Assembly: GCA_003427395.1 (NCBI GenBank)
Contig: BFEA01000037.1
Coordinates: 273,862-337,861, forward strand
Reading direction: 5' to 3'
Source: Chara braunii
Lineage: Eukaryota; Plantae; Charophyceae
DNA: 64,000 nt
The notes beneath the pieces are model-generated. The model searched no databases. It was not told where the DNA came from and worked only from the letters and a program-made list of their open reading frames with translations. This document shows, in pieces, positions 26,269-37,324 of this stretch; position 1 is the first letter of the stretch; each line of letters begins with the position of its first letter. Position numbers and translations under genes: made by a program.

Positions 26269-27250
26269 ATCCCGACCCTCGGCTGTGTACCGAATGCCTG
26301 CTCACGAACTCCTGCTGCGTACCAGGCGTCTGCTCATTTACCTTCGCTGCGAACCAGATACCAGTCCACAAGGTCATGTGGGATGCCAAGCTTCGCTGCT
26401 GGAACCACGCAAGCTCGGCGTCTTGCCATACCATAGACTGACCTGTGGCTGAAGTAACCGTCGGGTCCGCCAAGGGGCGCGATTGAAAAAAGCGTAGCGC
26501 AGACTACTCAGCCGCATGCCGGGCCCCGATGGTCATGTTCTAGGCTAGGTGCAGAGGGAAGGAAGGAAAATAAAAAAACGGTAAAAGTCGCATATCATAT
26601 CTGCACCTCGAATCAGTTCGCCGTTTCCACCTGGAGCGAACTAGTGGTCCCAAGTTGTAGTGTCGTTATGACCCTTCCCTTCATTATCGTTATTACTATT
26701 ATTACTGTTATCATTATTATATTATTAAGTGGTCCTGAGAGTTCCCTCTCTTCTTTGTCACTTCGAGAGGGAGGCTAACGGTTCGATTACGAACAGTGGT
26801 TGCAGGCGGGCAGCTTAGGCTGGTTTGGCCATGAAGTTGGAATCGCTAGTAATCGCTAATCAGCCCATGCCTTGCTTACCGTCAGCATCCTCTAAGTACC
26901 GCGTTGTGGGTCTTCAAAATGGGACCGCCCGTGGCCGCGTTGGTAGGAAGCTTATCACCTTCAATGGGAAGGTCATAAGCCCCCTCCTTACCATCCGACA
27001 CGGGTACCCTTGAGGGGTAGATCGATGGCCTTCTTTTGAAAGGAGGGGCGCGTCCTTCCGTATCCCGTTATGGGACCACTATGACGAGTCTGCTGTCATT
27101 TCATGCCGAATATGAAGGGACTAGTGACTGATAGTGAAGTGAGCCTCTTGTGTTACAACCCTTGAAGTTCGGCCTTTCATTTTCTCTTTAATTTATTTAT
27201 ATTATTTTATTATTTTCTGAATTCACAGATCACAAAAATATTGGATTCAA
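26269..27250 (+). repeat. 3' LTR of element A (terminus deleted, diverged, end unresolved)
   Basis: Follows the PPT-like GGGCGGGGGTTTGGTA. 26960-27080 matches 36315-36440 (GGTCATAAGCCCCCTCCTT...ACACGGGTACCC...TATCCCGTTATGGGAC). Confidence 0.65.
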
Positions 27251-28199
27251 AAGTTTCCTAGGTCCCATGTTGAGAGCACGGGAACTGCTGCCCGGTGTTA
27301 TTAAATGTCGGACGATGTCCAACTTAGTAAGGGTTCTCTAGGCTTCATAACTTGATGAGATGGGTTATCTGCCGAAAGTTAATTCAGACCTGACCTGTGC
27401 CTGAGAGACAAAGTTTTTGAGCTTAGTCTGAACGCTTGTAGCGTCCAAAAGTAACGACAGTAACTGGCAGTGTTCCACTTTTGTCGAGGCCACAGAAGCG
27501 TGCGGACATGGGAATGCCGAAGTTAAATCTATCCTACCTAAAATAGCAGCCGCGTGATTCAGAGCCTAAGTAAGTTAAAAAGAACAGTCGCGCCACGAAT
27601 TGGGTCGCGACACAGGAGAAATGGGGTGCTTATTTAATTATTTAATTATTTGGCCCGCATGGTTTGATTCCACACCGAGGGCCGGGAAACTTGCACTGTG
27701 GCCTACCCAGTTGGGTGACCGTCGAGCCGTGGCCATGCGGATATTCGACGGGGAATAGGCCAAAAAGCAAGGCCAGTAGGCCTTGAGTAGGCCCTGTTGG
27801 GCCACGGGCAGGAGAGGTGCCAAGGGCAAGCTCCTCATATAGACGAGCTACTCCTCTTCTCGTAGTAGGAGCTAGCCCAATAGGTGGAGTTCAGGCTCAT
27901 ATGCCGCAGACGCAGACATCGAACCCGACATACCAAAATTGGGCTAGCTCCTTTTGTCGGAGTAGCCTGATCTCGGAGAAGAATGGCGCGACCAATTTCG
28001 ATTGTGCGATCATCGAGATCGCGCGACTAAAATTAGTCACGCCGTAGTTCAGCATGGCCCCTGCGCAAGGATGATAAGCATAAATCGAGAGATGGTCCAA
28101 AACTCCGTGGGGATTTGAACTCGGGTCTGTATTTCAACGGATCGTGTATACCACGATGTGACTTGTGATGTAGCCGTTGCCATAAGCCAACGACATTGG

Positions 28200-29430
28200 G
28201 AAAAAAAAAAAACTAACTAAAAAGGACGCGCCATGTAGCGCATGGAGATCTGACAAGGACTTTCAGTCCCTGAAGAGGAGGAAAACGCCTGTTTCTGGGA
28301 CGTATGCTCGTATTCAGGTAACTTCTTTCGTTCTCGTTTTTCTTATTTTTTGTTTTTTTAGATTTTTGGTTGAGAATTGTTTTTAGATTTTTTCTTCTTA
28401 GATTATGCCTCGTCTACGCATTCGTTCATTTTGATGAACGAACTGCTGGGCCGAGGTCCCACTAGCAAAAATGATAGGATCAAGCTCCTGATTCGGATGT
28501 GTTTTAGGCACAGATGTAGAAAAGCAGTTCAATCTCAATTTCCTGCACATCCCCATAACCTCGTCCAAATTCAGGCATTCGATTCGATCCTCCTTGCTAG
28601 TGGAACCACGACCTTGGGGTATGTGTGCTAACGTGACCGCTGGCTACAACCAACAAAGAAAAAAAAAAGGAAAAAACTAACACTAAAACTAAACTGATAG
28701 CGACGCGCCAAATGGCGCAGTCTGAAGAGCCTGGAGCGTCTAAGTCCCAGTGCACCTGACGGTGCCCGATTTTAACGGGCGACCGTTTTGGAAGGTAGGC
28801 TGTATTTTTTTTTCTTTAGATTTTTTAGTTTTATTGTTAGATTTGTTTTAGATTTTTTATTTAGATTTCTTTTTAAATTCTTTGTTCTAGATTTTTTTTT
28901 TTCTTCCTTATTCAGGTACCCGTTTGATTTGACGAACGGGCTGGTTCCTGCAACTGCAGTATGAGCAAATCGAATGAATTTTCCCCTAGAACGGAGCATT
29001 ATTACACTCCAACGCTACTACTACAGAGGGAAAGAGAGAGAAGAGATCTTACCTGCTGGGCGGTTGAATCCACGACAACGAGGAACGCTACGGCCAACAG
29101 GTAAGTCTTCAACCTTGCAGCTGGCTATTCGTGGCACTTCCATCGATAGGATGAGCGAAATCGAATGAATCTTCCGCTAGAACATGGAAATATACACTGT
29201 CGCACTGTCCCCACCCTTTTCCATCGTTAAGGAGCCCACATGCGCCTGTTCGTTTTGTTGAACGGGCTGCAAATAGGCGCCCGAACCTGGCGCTTATGGC
29301 CCCTAGGTACGAACGCGCGTGAGGGAGGGGGGAGAAAGAAAACCCTTATGAGCTTGACACTAGCTCGACACTGTGAAACGACTGCGGGGAGGGGGCGCCT
29401 GTTCATTTTGAATGACAGGCTGCCCCATAT
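28200..29430. repeat. Degenerate internally repetitive region related to the MITE at 53846-54611
   Basis: Two ~460-bp similar blocks (GACGCGCCA..GCGCA, TTTTAGATTTT runs). TTTG..GAACGGGCTG-like motif x4. GAATCTTCCGCTAGAA.ATGGAAA.ATACAC at 29167 is shared with the MITE. Confidence 0.45.
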
Positions 29431-32400
29431 ACACAGGGAAAACGAGGGGGAAAAAGGTAAAAAGAAAGAAGAAGACAGAAAAGAGAGGAAAGGAAGGAAA
29501 AAAAAAGCGAAACGACCGCAAATTTGGTCGCGGCCTGGAACAGGTGCAGCCCCTAGAAGGTTCTAGGGGGTGAAGTGATTGCACCTGCTTGTTTTGAGCA
29601 AGCAGCAGTAAGTGGCTCAATACAGCCATCTCCAGGAGCACCTAGCCTGAAAAAATGGCCACGTACTCCTGGGGATCGAAGACCTTGGTCCTCCTGGGGG
29701 AGAACCAAGGCACTGAGCTCCCGGCCATCGATTTAGGTCAAGGGCCAGGAACACCCACAAATTTTTACCTGGTTGTGGGCAAAGCAGCTGCCCAAATGCC
29801 TTCGGCTAGCTATAAAGGCCAACACTCCACCCAACAGCCTCACACTTGTGGTTGTGCCGTTGAGCCATTCAATTGAGTGAATACTGGCTGGCTGCTACTG
29901 TGAGGCCGTGCTGCTGGTGGAGAGTTGGAGGTCTGCAGGGTGAGGGGAAACATTGTTGGAGTTCTGTAGTGGGTTAGAGGAAGAGAAGTGCGGCAGCCAT
30001 AGCCGAGGTTGGGAGCTCACTGCCCCACCTCTGCATGGGTTTCGCGGCCAGTGGGATGCGTCAGGGCTGGACGGTGCGGCAAGCGGCAAGGGTTGTCAAG
30101 GGTTATGTTGCCGAAATTTTGACTCAGCAGCGGTTTTTCTTGGCACGGCGACATCGGCAATGTTGGTGGGGAGATGCTGACGCGGCAACAAGACCTTACT
30201 AAGGGAAGGTGCTGCCGGATTTTTGACGCGCGGCGCCGGTGTTTTTTTTAAATGTGAGTGTGGGCAGGTGCTGCTCGATCAGCAGCACGGCAACCACAGT
30301 GTAGTCAGTGGGATCATGCTGTCGAAATTGGCAGCGGCGTCGATATTTTTCGCATAGGGAAGTGTTGTCTGGTTGGCGGCACGTCGACGGTTATTTTTCT
30401 GAGGGGCAGTGTGCAAGATTTTTGCGGTGCGGTGAATCAGTCATTTGGAAGCGTGATCAGGAGGTGGTGCCGCACAGCAGCCGTGGTATCGGCTCTGACG
30501 GCGCGGCGAGCAGTAGTCCTCCGTTGCTCTTTTTGTGGTGCGCAACAACTATGGTGGATTCCAATGTGGCCTGGAGGATGGACAAACAGTGGCGCACGTT
30601 TGGGACTGTGCAATGGTGCGTGAACCGGCGGTATGAAGAAAGTGCAAAGTGGATGCACGCGGCTAAGTAATTATTGGGCTCACGACACATGCGACTTTTA
30701 GCCAGGGCCATCTTTATTTTTTGCGGCGCACTGAGCAAGCGGATTTTAAGTTTGGGACGATACGGTACTTTGGCGGTAACGTGGGACCACTTAGGACCAT
30801 TTCTGGACCAAGTGGGATTGATTTGGGATTGGGACCGGCATGATGGCATGACTATTGCGAGCGGACGTGGTGAGAGGTGACATGGACTTGTGGCTGGTTG
30901 GGGAGTATCCTTAGTGGTCAAGGTGCAATTGAGACTGTGTCAGGACGGTACGGGATGTTGGAATGATGTGGGACTGGATCTTAGGAGCACCCTCCGGGAG
31001 GGTTATCCCATTTGAATTATCTCAGTGAAACCGACCTTGGTGCGGTTGGGCGCTTGGAGAAGGACGCGGACCTTGATTCAGGAGAGAGGCCACAACTTCT
31101 CGAGTTGTGAGCGGCATATTCTACGGCGATCATTTTCTTTTGATTGGAATATTACTCGAGCTTTCTGGAGTGAGCCGGACTAAACGTCACTCAAGGTCAG
31201 TCAGTTGATCGACTCAGATTTCCCTTCACACCTGTGTGAACCCACACTTGCTTGACCCTATTTATTGAATGTTCGTTGAAAAGGCAAAGGAAATGTGTTC
31301 GCATGTGAATGGAAAGGTCCGACTTGGATGGGGTTGTATTGGTTTCCTTTGAACTTGTTTGTTTTGCTTTGCGGTCTGTGCAGTTAGGTAGAAGGATGCT
31401 TGCGAAGAAGATTGATTATGCCTGGTGGAGAAAAGGAAAAGGATTGTTTTTTTTTACTTCTCACCTGCTTGCATGTACAAAAAAAAAAGGATTCGTTGTT
31501 TTAAAAAACTTTGGTTTTGTGTGCATCATAAAATGAATTCAATTGAAATGAAGCAAATAAGGTTAAACGAATTTGGCTTTCTCCCCATGATTGACTTTTT
31601 CTATCCCGAATGACCTTATCTACCTATACATGTCCAAATGATTCTCGTAATCTATCTCCTTCAGTTTCTTTTTCACCTAAGTTACCCAAAACTCAAGAGT
31701 AATGAGAATAAAAGAAACCTACTCGTGGTGAGCACAATCTTTCTCTCTAGGAAGCATCCAAGGCGGGGGTTCGTATGCTTTCGGAGCCGACCCTGTTATC
31801 GACTTGGAGTGGACCCGATTCTTCGGGGGTGGTACTTTGCCGATTCGGTGGTGACGGCCCAACCTCTGAGATCCGAGTCTCCAGGCTCGGGCGAAGGGAA
31901 CGAGTATCCACAGACCACTTCCTAGAGGGATGGGGGTGTGACGGCGCAGAGTTGACTAACCCTCGCCGAGTCCTGGGCGACGAGGGGACGAAATTAATAT
32001 CCTCGCGGGTGGTCACCTTAGGTGTCACCATTAGAATTAAAAGTTGGAGACAGAATCTCCAGCCGTAAGAAGAAGAAGGTAATAAAGGTGATGGTTCTCT
32101 CGGCGCAGCGAAAACAACTGCCGTTTTCGTTTTGAGGAACCTGATGCTGAAGATTGGTACTTAATCATTCAAGGAAACGAAAAAAGTAATTATTGCTCAG
32201 GAGGGCGACGCGACCAACAAAATTTTTATTTGCTAGATAATACTTTCCTCCAAGCAAGCCGCATATGATACGGAGGTGTGGTCGAACCGAGAGTTCAAAC
32301 TTCGGCCAAAAACCAAATCACTTGTTGATCTGCATGGTAGCAATGAAATTTACTTGCAGAAGTCATTCTTGAAAGGGTTGGTAGGTGTCGACAGACCCAA

Positions 32401-33321
32401 CCGTAAAAGGTTGAGTTGTCCTTCTTAATCTTTCGTCAATCTTCGCCTTGGAAGCGGCGGTATAATAGTCTCTTCAGTCATATAGGCTGGGAAGAATAAC
32501 TTTGGCAGATCATCTCATCAAGTCAAAAACCCTGTCTTGTGTGATTTGATAAAAAGTGTACTGATTTTATTTACATTGTGATCAGAGAGTTCTAAAGGGA
32601 CTAGGATTATATTGTGGGTTTCACACTTGGTTGAAACCGTCCTAGTCGACTGACGTTTGTTTCGTACCTAGGAGATCAACGCCCTAGGGAACGGACAACG
32701 TTCGGGTCCACTTGGCGTTAACCAAGCGTACCTATACTCCAGCGAACAAGCAAGCGCCCTCGGCTGATCTACCTCTGCGATTGCATGTAAAAGCTTTCGC
32801 ACGTGGGTCAGTAGCTCAGTAGGGATACGGCCCTGAGGGTGGTGACAACCCCTTAGGGAAGGTAAGATGTGCCCTGCGAAAACTTATCCTGTCGTAGGGG
32901 ACTGTGGATGTACAGCTGGCGCACCCGGCTAGAGCGGCGAAAGGAGCGATGCAACCGCGTCCGTCTCGGCGGCTCGCGAGATTATTTATGCATCGTCCTA
33001 AGTTGTCTCTTGATTTTGGTTTTATTTTACTCCTGCGTGACATGGCTGGGAGGGCTCCCGCACTTTGCAAAAAGGTGGGAGCCGATGCACTCGACAACGG
33101 CGATCCTATAACGAGTGAGGGAGGCAGGCTTTTTGCTACTTGGGCATGAGCAACCTCACCACGCCGAGTACTACCGAATTGAGGAGAGAGGGCTAGGCGG
33201 CGTGGTGAATGTGCGGGAGACCATCTGTGCGCGCGTGCTCATGCTCTGAGTGTTCGGCCCTAGCTATCTCGAAACTTTGTGGCCTGGTATCGTGTACGGT
33301 TCAATTGAGAGGGCCTCAACC

Positions 33322-33813
33322 ATGGTATGTAGCAATGGGTTGTACAGATATAGGCCGAGATACCTCCAATGTCTCTGGAGGTGGGAGTGAATATTAGGGG
33401 AGGGGCCGATGGTGACCACCATCCTGGAATACAGCCGCTGCAATCAGGAGGTCAGGCTGAAAGTGAATGTGGAAGGGGGGAAAGAGGAGGAAATGAGAGC
33501 GGACCAGAAGTTACAAGCTGCCATTACTGAAGCCAAGGACCGGGCAGAGAGAAGGTCCAGATGGGACGGGGTCACAGACGAAATAAAGGTGACTGTCTCA
33601 TACTCGGAGGGGGAGACCTCGAAAGGCACGGCGGAGAGGGAACAACGGCACCTGGACCGTGACACAGAGGCCGAGAGCGATGCCAGTGATCTGGTTGCTG
33701 AAACCCAGTCCTGGCACGGACTGGACCAGTGGCGGCGGGACCACCCACCCGCCGAACCTATGGAGAGTGGCCCAGAGGCCAACTTGCGACGACGAAAAGA
33801 CCAAAGACACTAG
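33322..33813 (+). pseudogene. LTR-encoded protein homologue (one internal TGA)
   Basis: MVCSNGLYRYRPRYLQCLWRWE*ILGEGP is in frame with the 33409 ORF and aligns with 683-1108; TATA-like CCTATAACGAGTGAGG at 33105. Confidence 0.65.
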
Positions 33814-33870
33814 GCTGCAAGGCGCGGGGGTCAACATGTAGGGACAAAAGAATGGAACAGCGAACGGTTA

Positions 33871-33876
<6 letters not shown>

Positions 33877-33908
<32 letters not shown>
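33877..33908 (+). repeat. (AG)n microsatellite
   Basis: About 15 AG units. Confidence 0.95.
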
Positions 33909-33914
<6 letters not shown>

Positions 33915-36660
33915 AGGGAGACATGGGCAGTCATGACATAGAGAGAGAAGGCGAGAAGGGAGGAGACACACAAAAGTCAAACGTGAGAGAGAGAACCGGG
34001 CTTTTCGCTCCTTCACTATTGGCGCCATTTGCTAAAGGCGGCCATCCCTCCGCCACGCTCTGAACACAACGTCGTTGACAGAGGTGCTCGACAAGGAGTG
34101 GTACGCACAGGGAAGAACGGGTGACCAAGGTGTGTGTTGAGAGCGATTGACTGTTGATGTCAATCACTCATGCTTGAGCTCGGATGCGAGAGATAGTCAT
34201 CACCTACCTGTGACTTGTGCAATGCTTGGAGGGGGATGTCGACTCGCCCTCCGAAGACGAGAGATCCGGCATGTAGAGTTCGTGAGAGCGGGATCATTGA
34301 GCTGGTGAGCTCGTGGAAGATGCCCCAGGGGTTACCCCACGAGGGCAGCGCGGCTAGGGTCGCAAGAGAGTAGTGGACAAGTGGTGGCGAGGATCAGACC
34401 AGTTTGACGAGATTAGCGGCCTTGATCAGGGTGACATTGCGAAGTTGGGGCTGTGAGTGACTTACTCACCCGCACGTGAGCTCTTCGTTGGGCTTGTAGT
34501 GGCCAAGGTCTATCCTCTCGGTGGTTGTTATCTCCTTCGGATGTCCATAGTTGGACATGTCCGCCTCTATTGTTCTTTGATTGATCTTGGAATGGCAAGG
34601 GTGTGCCGCTACGTGCCCTCCGCTCCCATGTATGTAACCTGCGTCTGCGGCCGCTTTGCCAAGTTTAACGAGCACAAGTGTGACTCGCTCAAGAAGAGAG
34701 TGTATGCGTGAAAGTGTGTACAGGGCCAACTGTGTGGTAGTGATCCGTTGACGTCATCTGTGATTCCTGTCAGGCTGAATACTGTGAAGAGTCTCATGTA
34801 ATTCGAAGTATAGAGCCAGAGGATTGTCTTGACCAGAGAGAGAGATATATATAAAGAGAGAAAGGTGAATCAAGGGAGGATATTGAAAAGGAGTGAGATA
34901 AATTACACAATCAAGTCTCGTTGGCGTCATCACTGGCGCAAAGTCAGCTCCTCTAAGCGAGAGCCTGTGAGATCACTACGCATTGCAAAGAGAGAGGGAT
35001 GGCACACAAACTTTTGTTGTTGTCGACGTCATGACCTACGCGGGGATCGTTGTCCCGAGCGGAAGCCTATGAGATCACTACGAGCTGTTGGAGTAAGGGA
35101 AATCAGACCCCATGCTAGTAACATGAGTTCGGGTTTAAGCGGTGCAGTCACGCGGGCTTGACTACGCCCGTGATGGATTGAGAGGAGACTGTTGGGTCGA
35201 TGTCACCTGCTCACTCATTCCTCGGTGCTGCATTCGCCAATCGCCCACTTTGAATGCGGTAGTTGTCAATCCTGCGCGGTGTCGGAGGGCGCGGTGTCCC
35301 GGCCCTCCTCTGTGTATCGAGTCCCTGCCTAGTACCGGTCTCGTGTTCTGGTGTCGCAGCCAGTAGTCATCTCTACGATCCCTAGAACCCGGGCTGTACC
35401 GTGACGTGGACCGGGTCTGCTGGTGCCTGCCTTGGCAAAAGGTGCGCCACAAAGCTTTCCTTTGGTCCACCCAAGCTCGGCGCCCTGCTGTACAGCAGAG
35501 CACAACCGGCCTGTAGCCGTGGTAGCCGCTGGGTTCGCCCTGGGACGCGAAAGTATAGGGACGGGCACTGCTTTATCTATTGCGCGCTGAGTCCCCATTT
35601 GCCAGGTTATGGGTCAGGTATACATGGGACCAAGAAGAGAAAAGTAAAGAAAAAAAAAATATGAAAAAAAAAATGTAAAAGCTAACTGTCAAGCCTATGC
35701 AGTGACCTGAGCATTTGCCTTAATTCGGGGATGTCCTGTGGCTCAATTTATGAGTCTTAGTTGCTATTGGGTAACCCGATCTGCATGGAGTTGAAAGGAC
35801 CGTCTGGTCCTGATGGTTGTGATTCGGGCTAAGTGTAAGGGCGTGATGAGGACCCGTGCAGACATTTCAATTGCGCACTGGACACCTAGTAGCTGTGTTT
35901 GGGGGTAGATACAGTGGTGTCTAAAAAGGGAAAGTGTGAAAAGGAAAGAAAAAGGGAAAAGGTTGAAGGTCGGGCTTTAGATTTGTGCGTGGGCTCGTAT
36001 CGCCCTTCGGGCGAGGCTGCTGCGAGGAGGAATTTTGAAACGCCATCTTTTCCTTTTCTGTAAATACTATTATTATTATGGTTTATTGATATTATTATTN
36101 AGTTTTNTTTTCGCTCGATTGTCANATTCGGTTTACCTTTTAGNCTGTCATTTCGNNGGAAAGCCAACGNTTGGAAATCCGGACTTGAGCTATGTTGTGC
36201 GGCCTAANTGGGCCGACCCCTCATATATCGCTTGCTCCGAGCTTGTTCGANTGAGTGCCGCGCTGCAGGACCTCAAAAGANNGGCGACCCNCGGCCGCAT
36301 TGGTANGGANCCTATCACCCCCCCCGTGGAGGGTCATAAGCCCCCTCCTTGCTGTCGGACACGGGTACCCGTCGGGTATAGGCCAACGCGCGCGTTTTGA
36401 GGGAAGGAAAGTGCTTGTCACTATCCCGTTATGGGACTTCAGTTTTTGGGCAGTAGTCACATCGTGATAATTAGTGACTTGACAGTAGCACAGTGATTTC
36501 GAACCGTATCTCGACTGTTGAGTTTTCGGTTTCTGAATTATTTAGTTTTTATTTTGCTTTATATTTTTGGAATATTAAAACTACTAATGTGAGGGAAATT
36601 CGGAAAAGGCTAGAGCTGAACTCTTCTTTTAGAGCGCGGGGTCATAGCGAGGGGTGAGCC

Positions 36661-36666
36661 TATAAA
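36661..36666 (+). promoter_or_regulatory. Candidate TATA box for the U3 ORF
   Basis: CCTATAAAGAGGTGAGG ~135 bp upstream of ATG 36797; a similar motif precedes the 33322 homologue. Confidence 0.45.
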
Positions 36667-36796
36667 GAGGTGAGGCAAACGAGTCTTTGGCAGCGAGTCC
36701 TCTTTTGCCATGCTAACGCCGTTGGTCTGAGAAAATAGTGGATAGTCTGCGTGCACGAGTGTTGAGTCTTGAGCTGTGTCTAACTGGTTAGCGACT

Positions 36797-37324
36797 ATGT
36801 TACGTAGCAATGGCCTTTTTGGTTATAGGCCAAGGCACTTGAGGTTTTACTAGAGTTGGGCACCTATGTGTGAAGAGGGTGTTGCAGTGGATGTCTGTCT
36901 GAGTTATAGCAAGAGTGAAGGACAGGCTAGACTGAGAATCAATGTCTATGGGGGAAAGGAGCAAGAGATGAGGGAAGATGCGAAAATACACGGTGTGGTC
37001 ACCGAGGCTCGTAGCAGGGCGGAACGAAGATGCCGACGAGATGGGGTGACCGCGGCATTGCGAGTTACCATTACGTACCATGAGGAGGAGACCTCCACGG
37101 GTACGACAGAGAGGGAGCAACAAGAGCTGGACCGGGACTCAGAGGCGGAGTCCGAAGCTAGCGAGGACCTGACCCAGTCCTGGCACGGGCTGGAGCAGTG
37201 GAGGAGAGAGCACCCGCCAGCTGAGTCGGTAGAGGACGGACCCGAGGCCAGTTCGGCCCAGGGCGGAGCAAGGCCGACAGAGGCTAGGCTATCGAGTGCG
37301 GAGGCGAGTAATAGGCGGGACTGA
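36797..37324 (+). pseudogene. LTR (U3)-encoded protein, 175 codons with one TGG>TAG stop
   Basis: MLRSNGLFGYRPRHLRFY*SWAP is in frame with the 36866 ORF; family alignment with 683-1108 and 33322-33813. Confidence 0.7.

Larger units (their letters stand above)
13752..27250 (+). mobile_element. Element A: decayed copy of the giant-LTR Gypsy family (truncated 5' LTR, accessory ORFs, gag-pol, antisense ORF, partial 3' LTR)
   Basis: Collinear with 41799-55330 along its length. The right boundary is approximate. Confidence 0.85.
31937..35279 (+). mobile_element. Probable LTR of another element, interrupted by element B
   Basis: Purine tract AGAGGGATGGGGG then TGTGACGG at 31937. 32593-33000 is homologous (inverted) to LTR segment 6430-6825. 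It carries a U3-ORF homologue. Boundaries are uncertain. Confidence 0.4.

Noticed and set aside
28095-28130. tRNA gene or SINE (B-box-like GAGTTCAAATCCC on minus)
   Set aside because: No cloverleaf, A-box or tail could be identified.
29650-31100. Host gene in the GC-rich stretch with many short ORFs
   Set aside because: No recognisable domain or consistent frame; adjacent sequence matches LTR DNA, so it is probably transposon-derived non-coding sequence.
35275-35279. Target-site duplication for element B
   Set aside because: The left flank CGCGG does not match ACAGT following the LTR end at 59508 (minus); no TSD can be claimed.
35142-35664. Cys-rich and antisense ORFs at the LTR start (also 2012-2278, 26133-26473, 53233-53768)
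   Set aside because: Similarity appears in several frames and crosses the LTR boundary with frameshifts, consistent with nucleotide-level LTR homology rather than coding constraint.
35835-35880. Hammerhead ribozyme (retrozyme) in the LTR
   Set aside because: GTGATGAG is present, but there is no CTGATGA core with a properly placed GAAA and stems.
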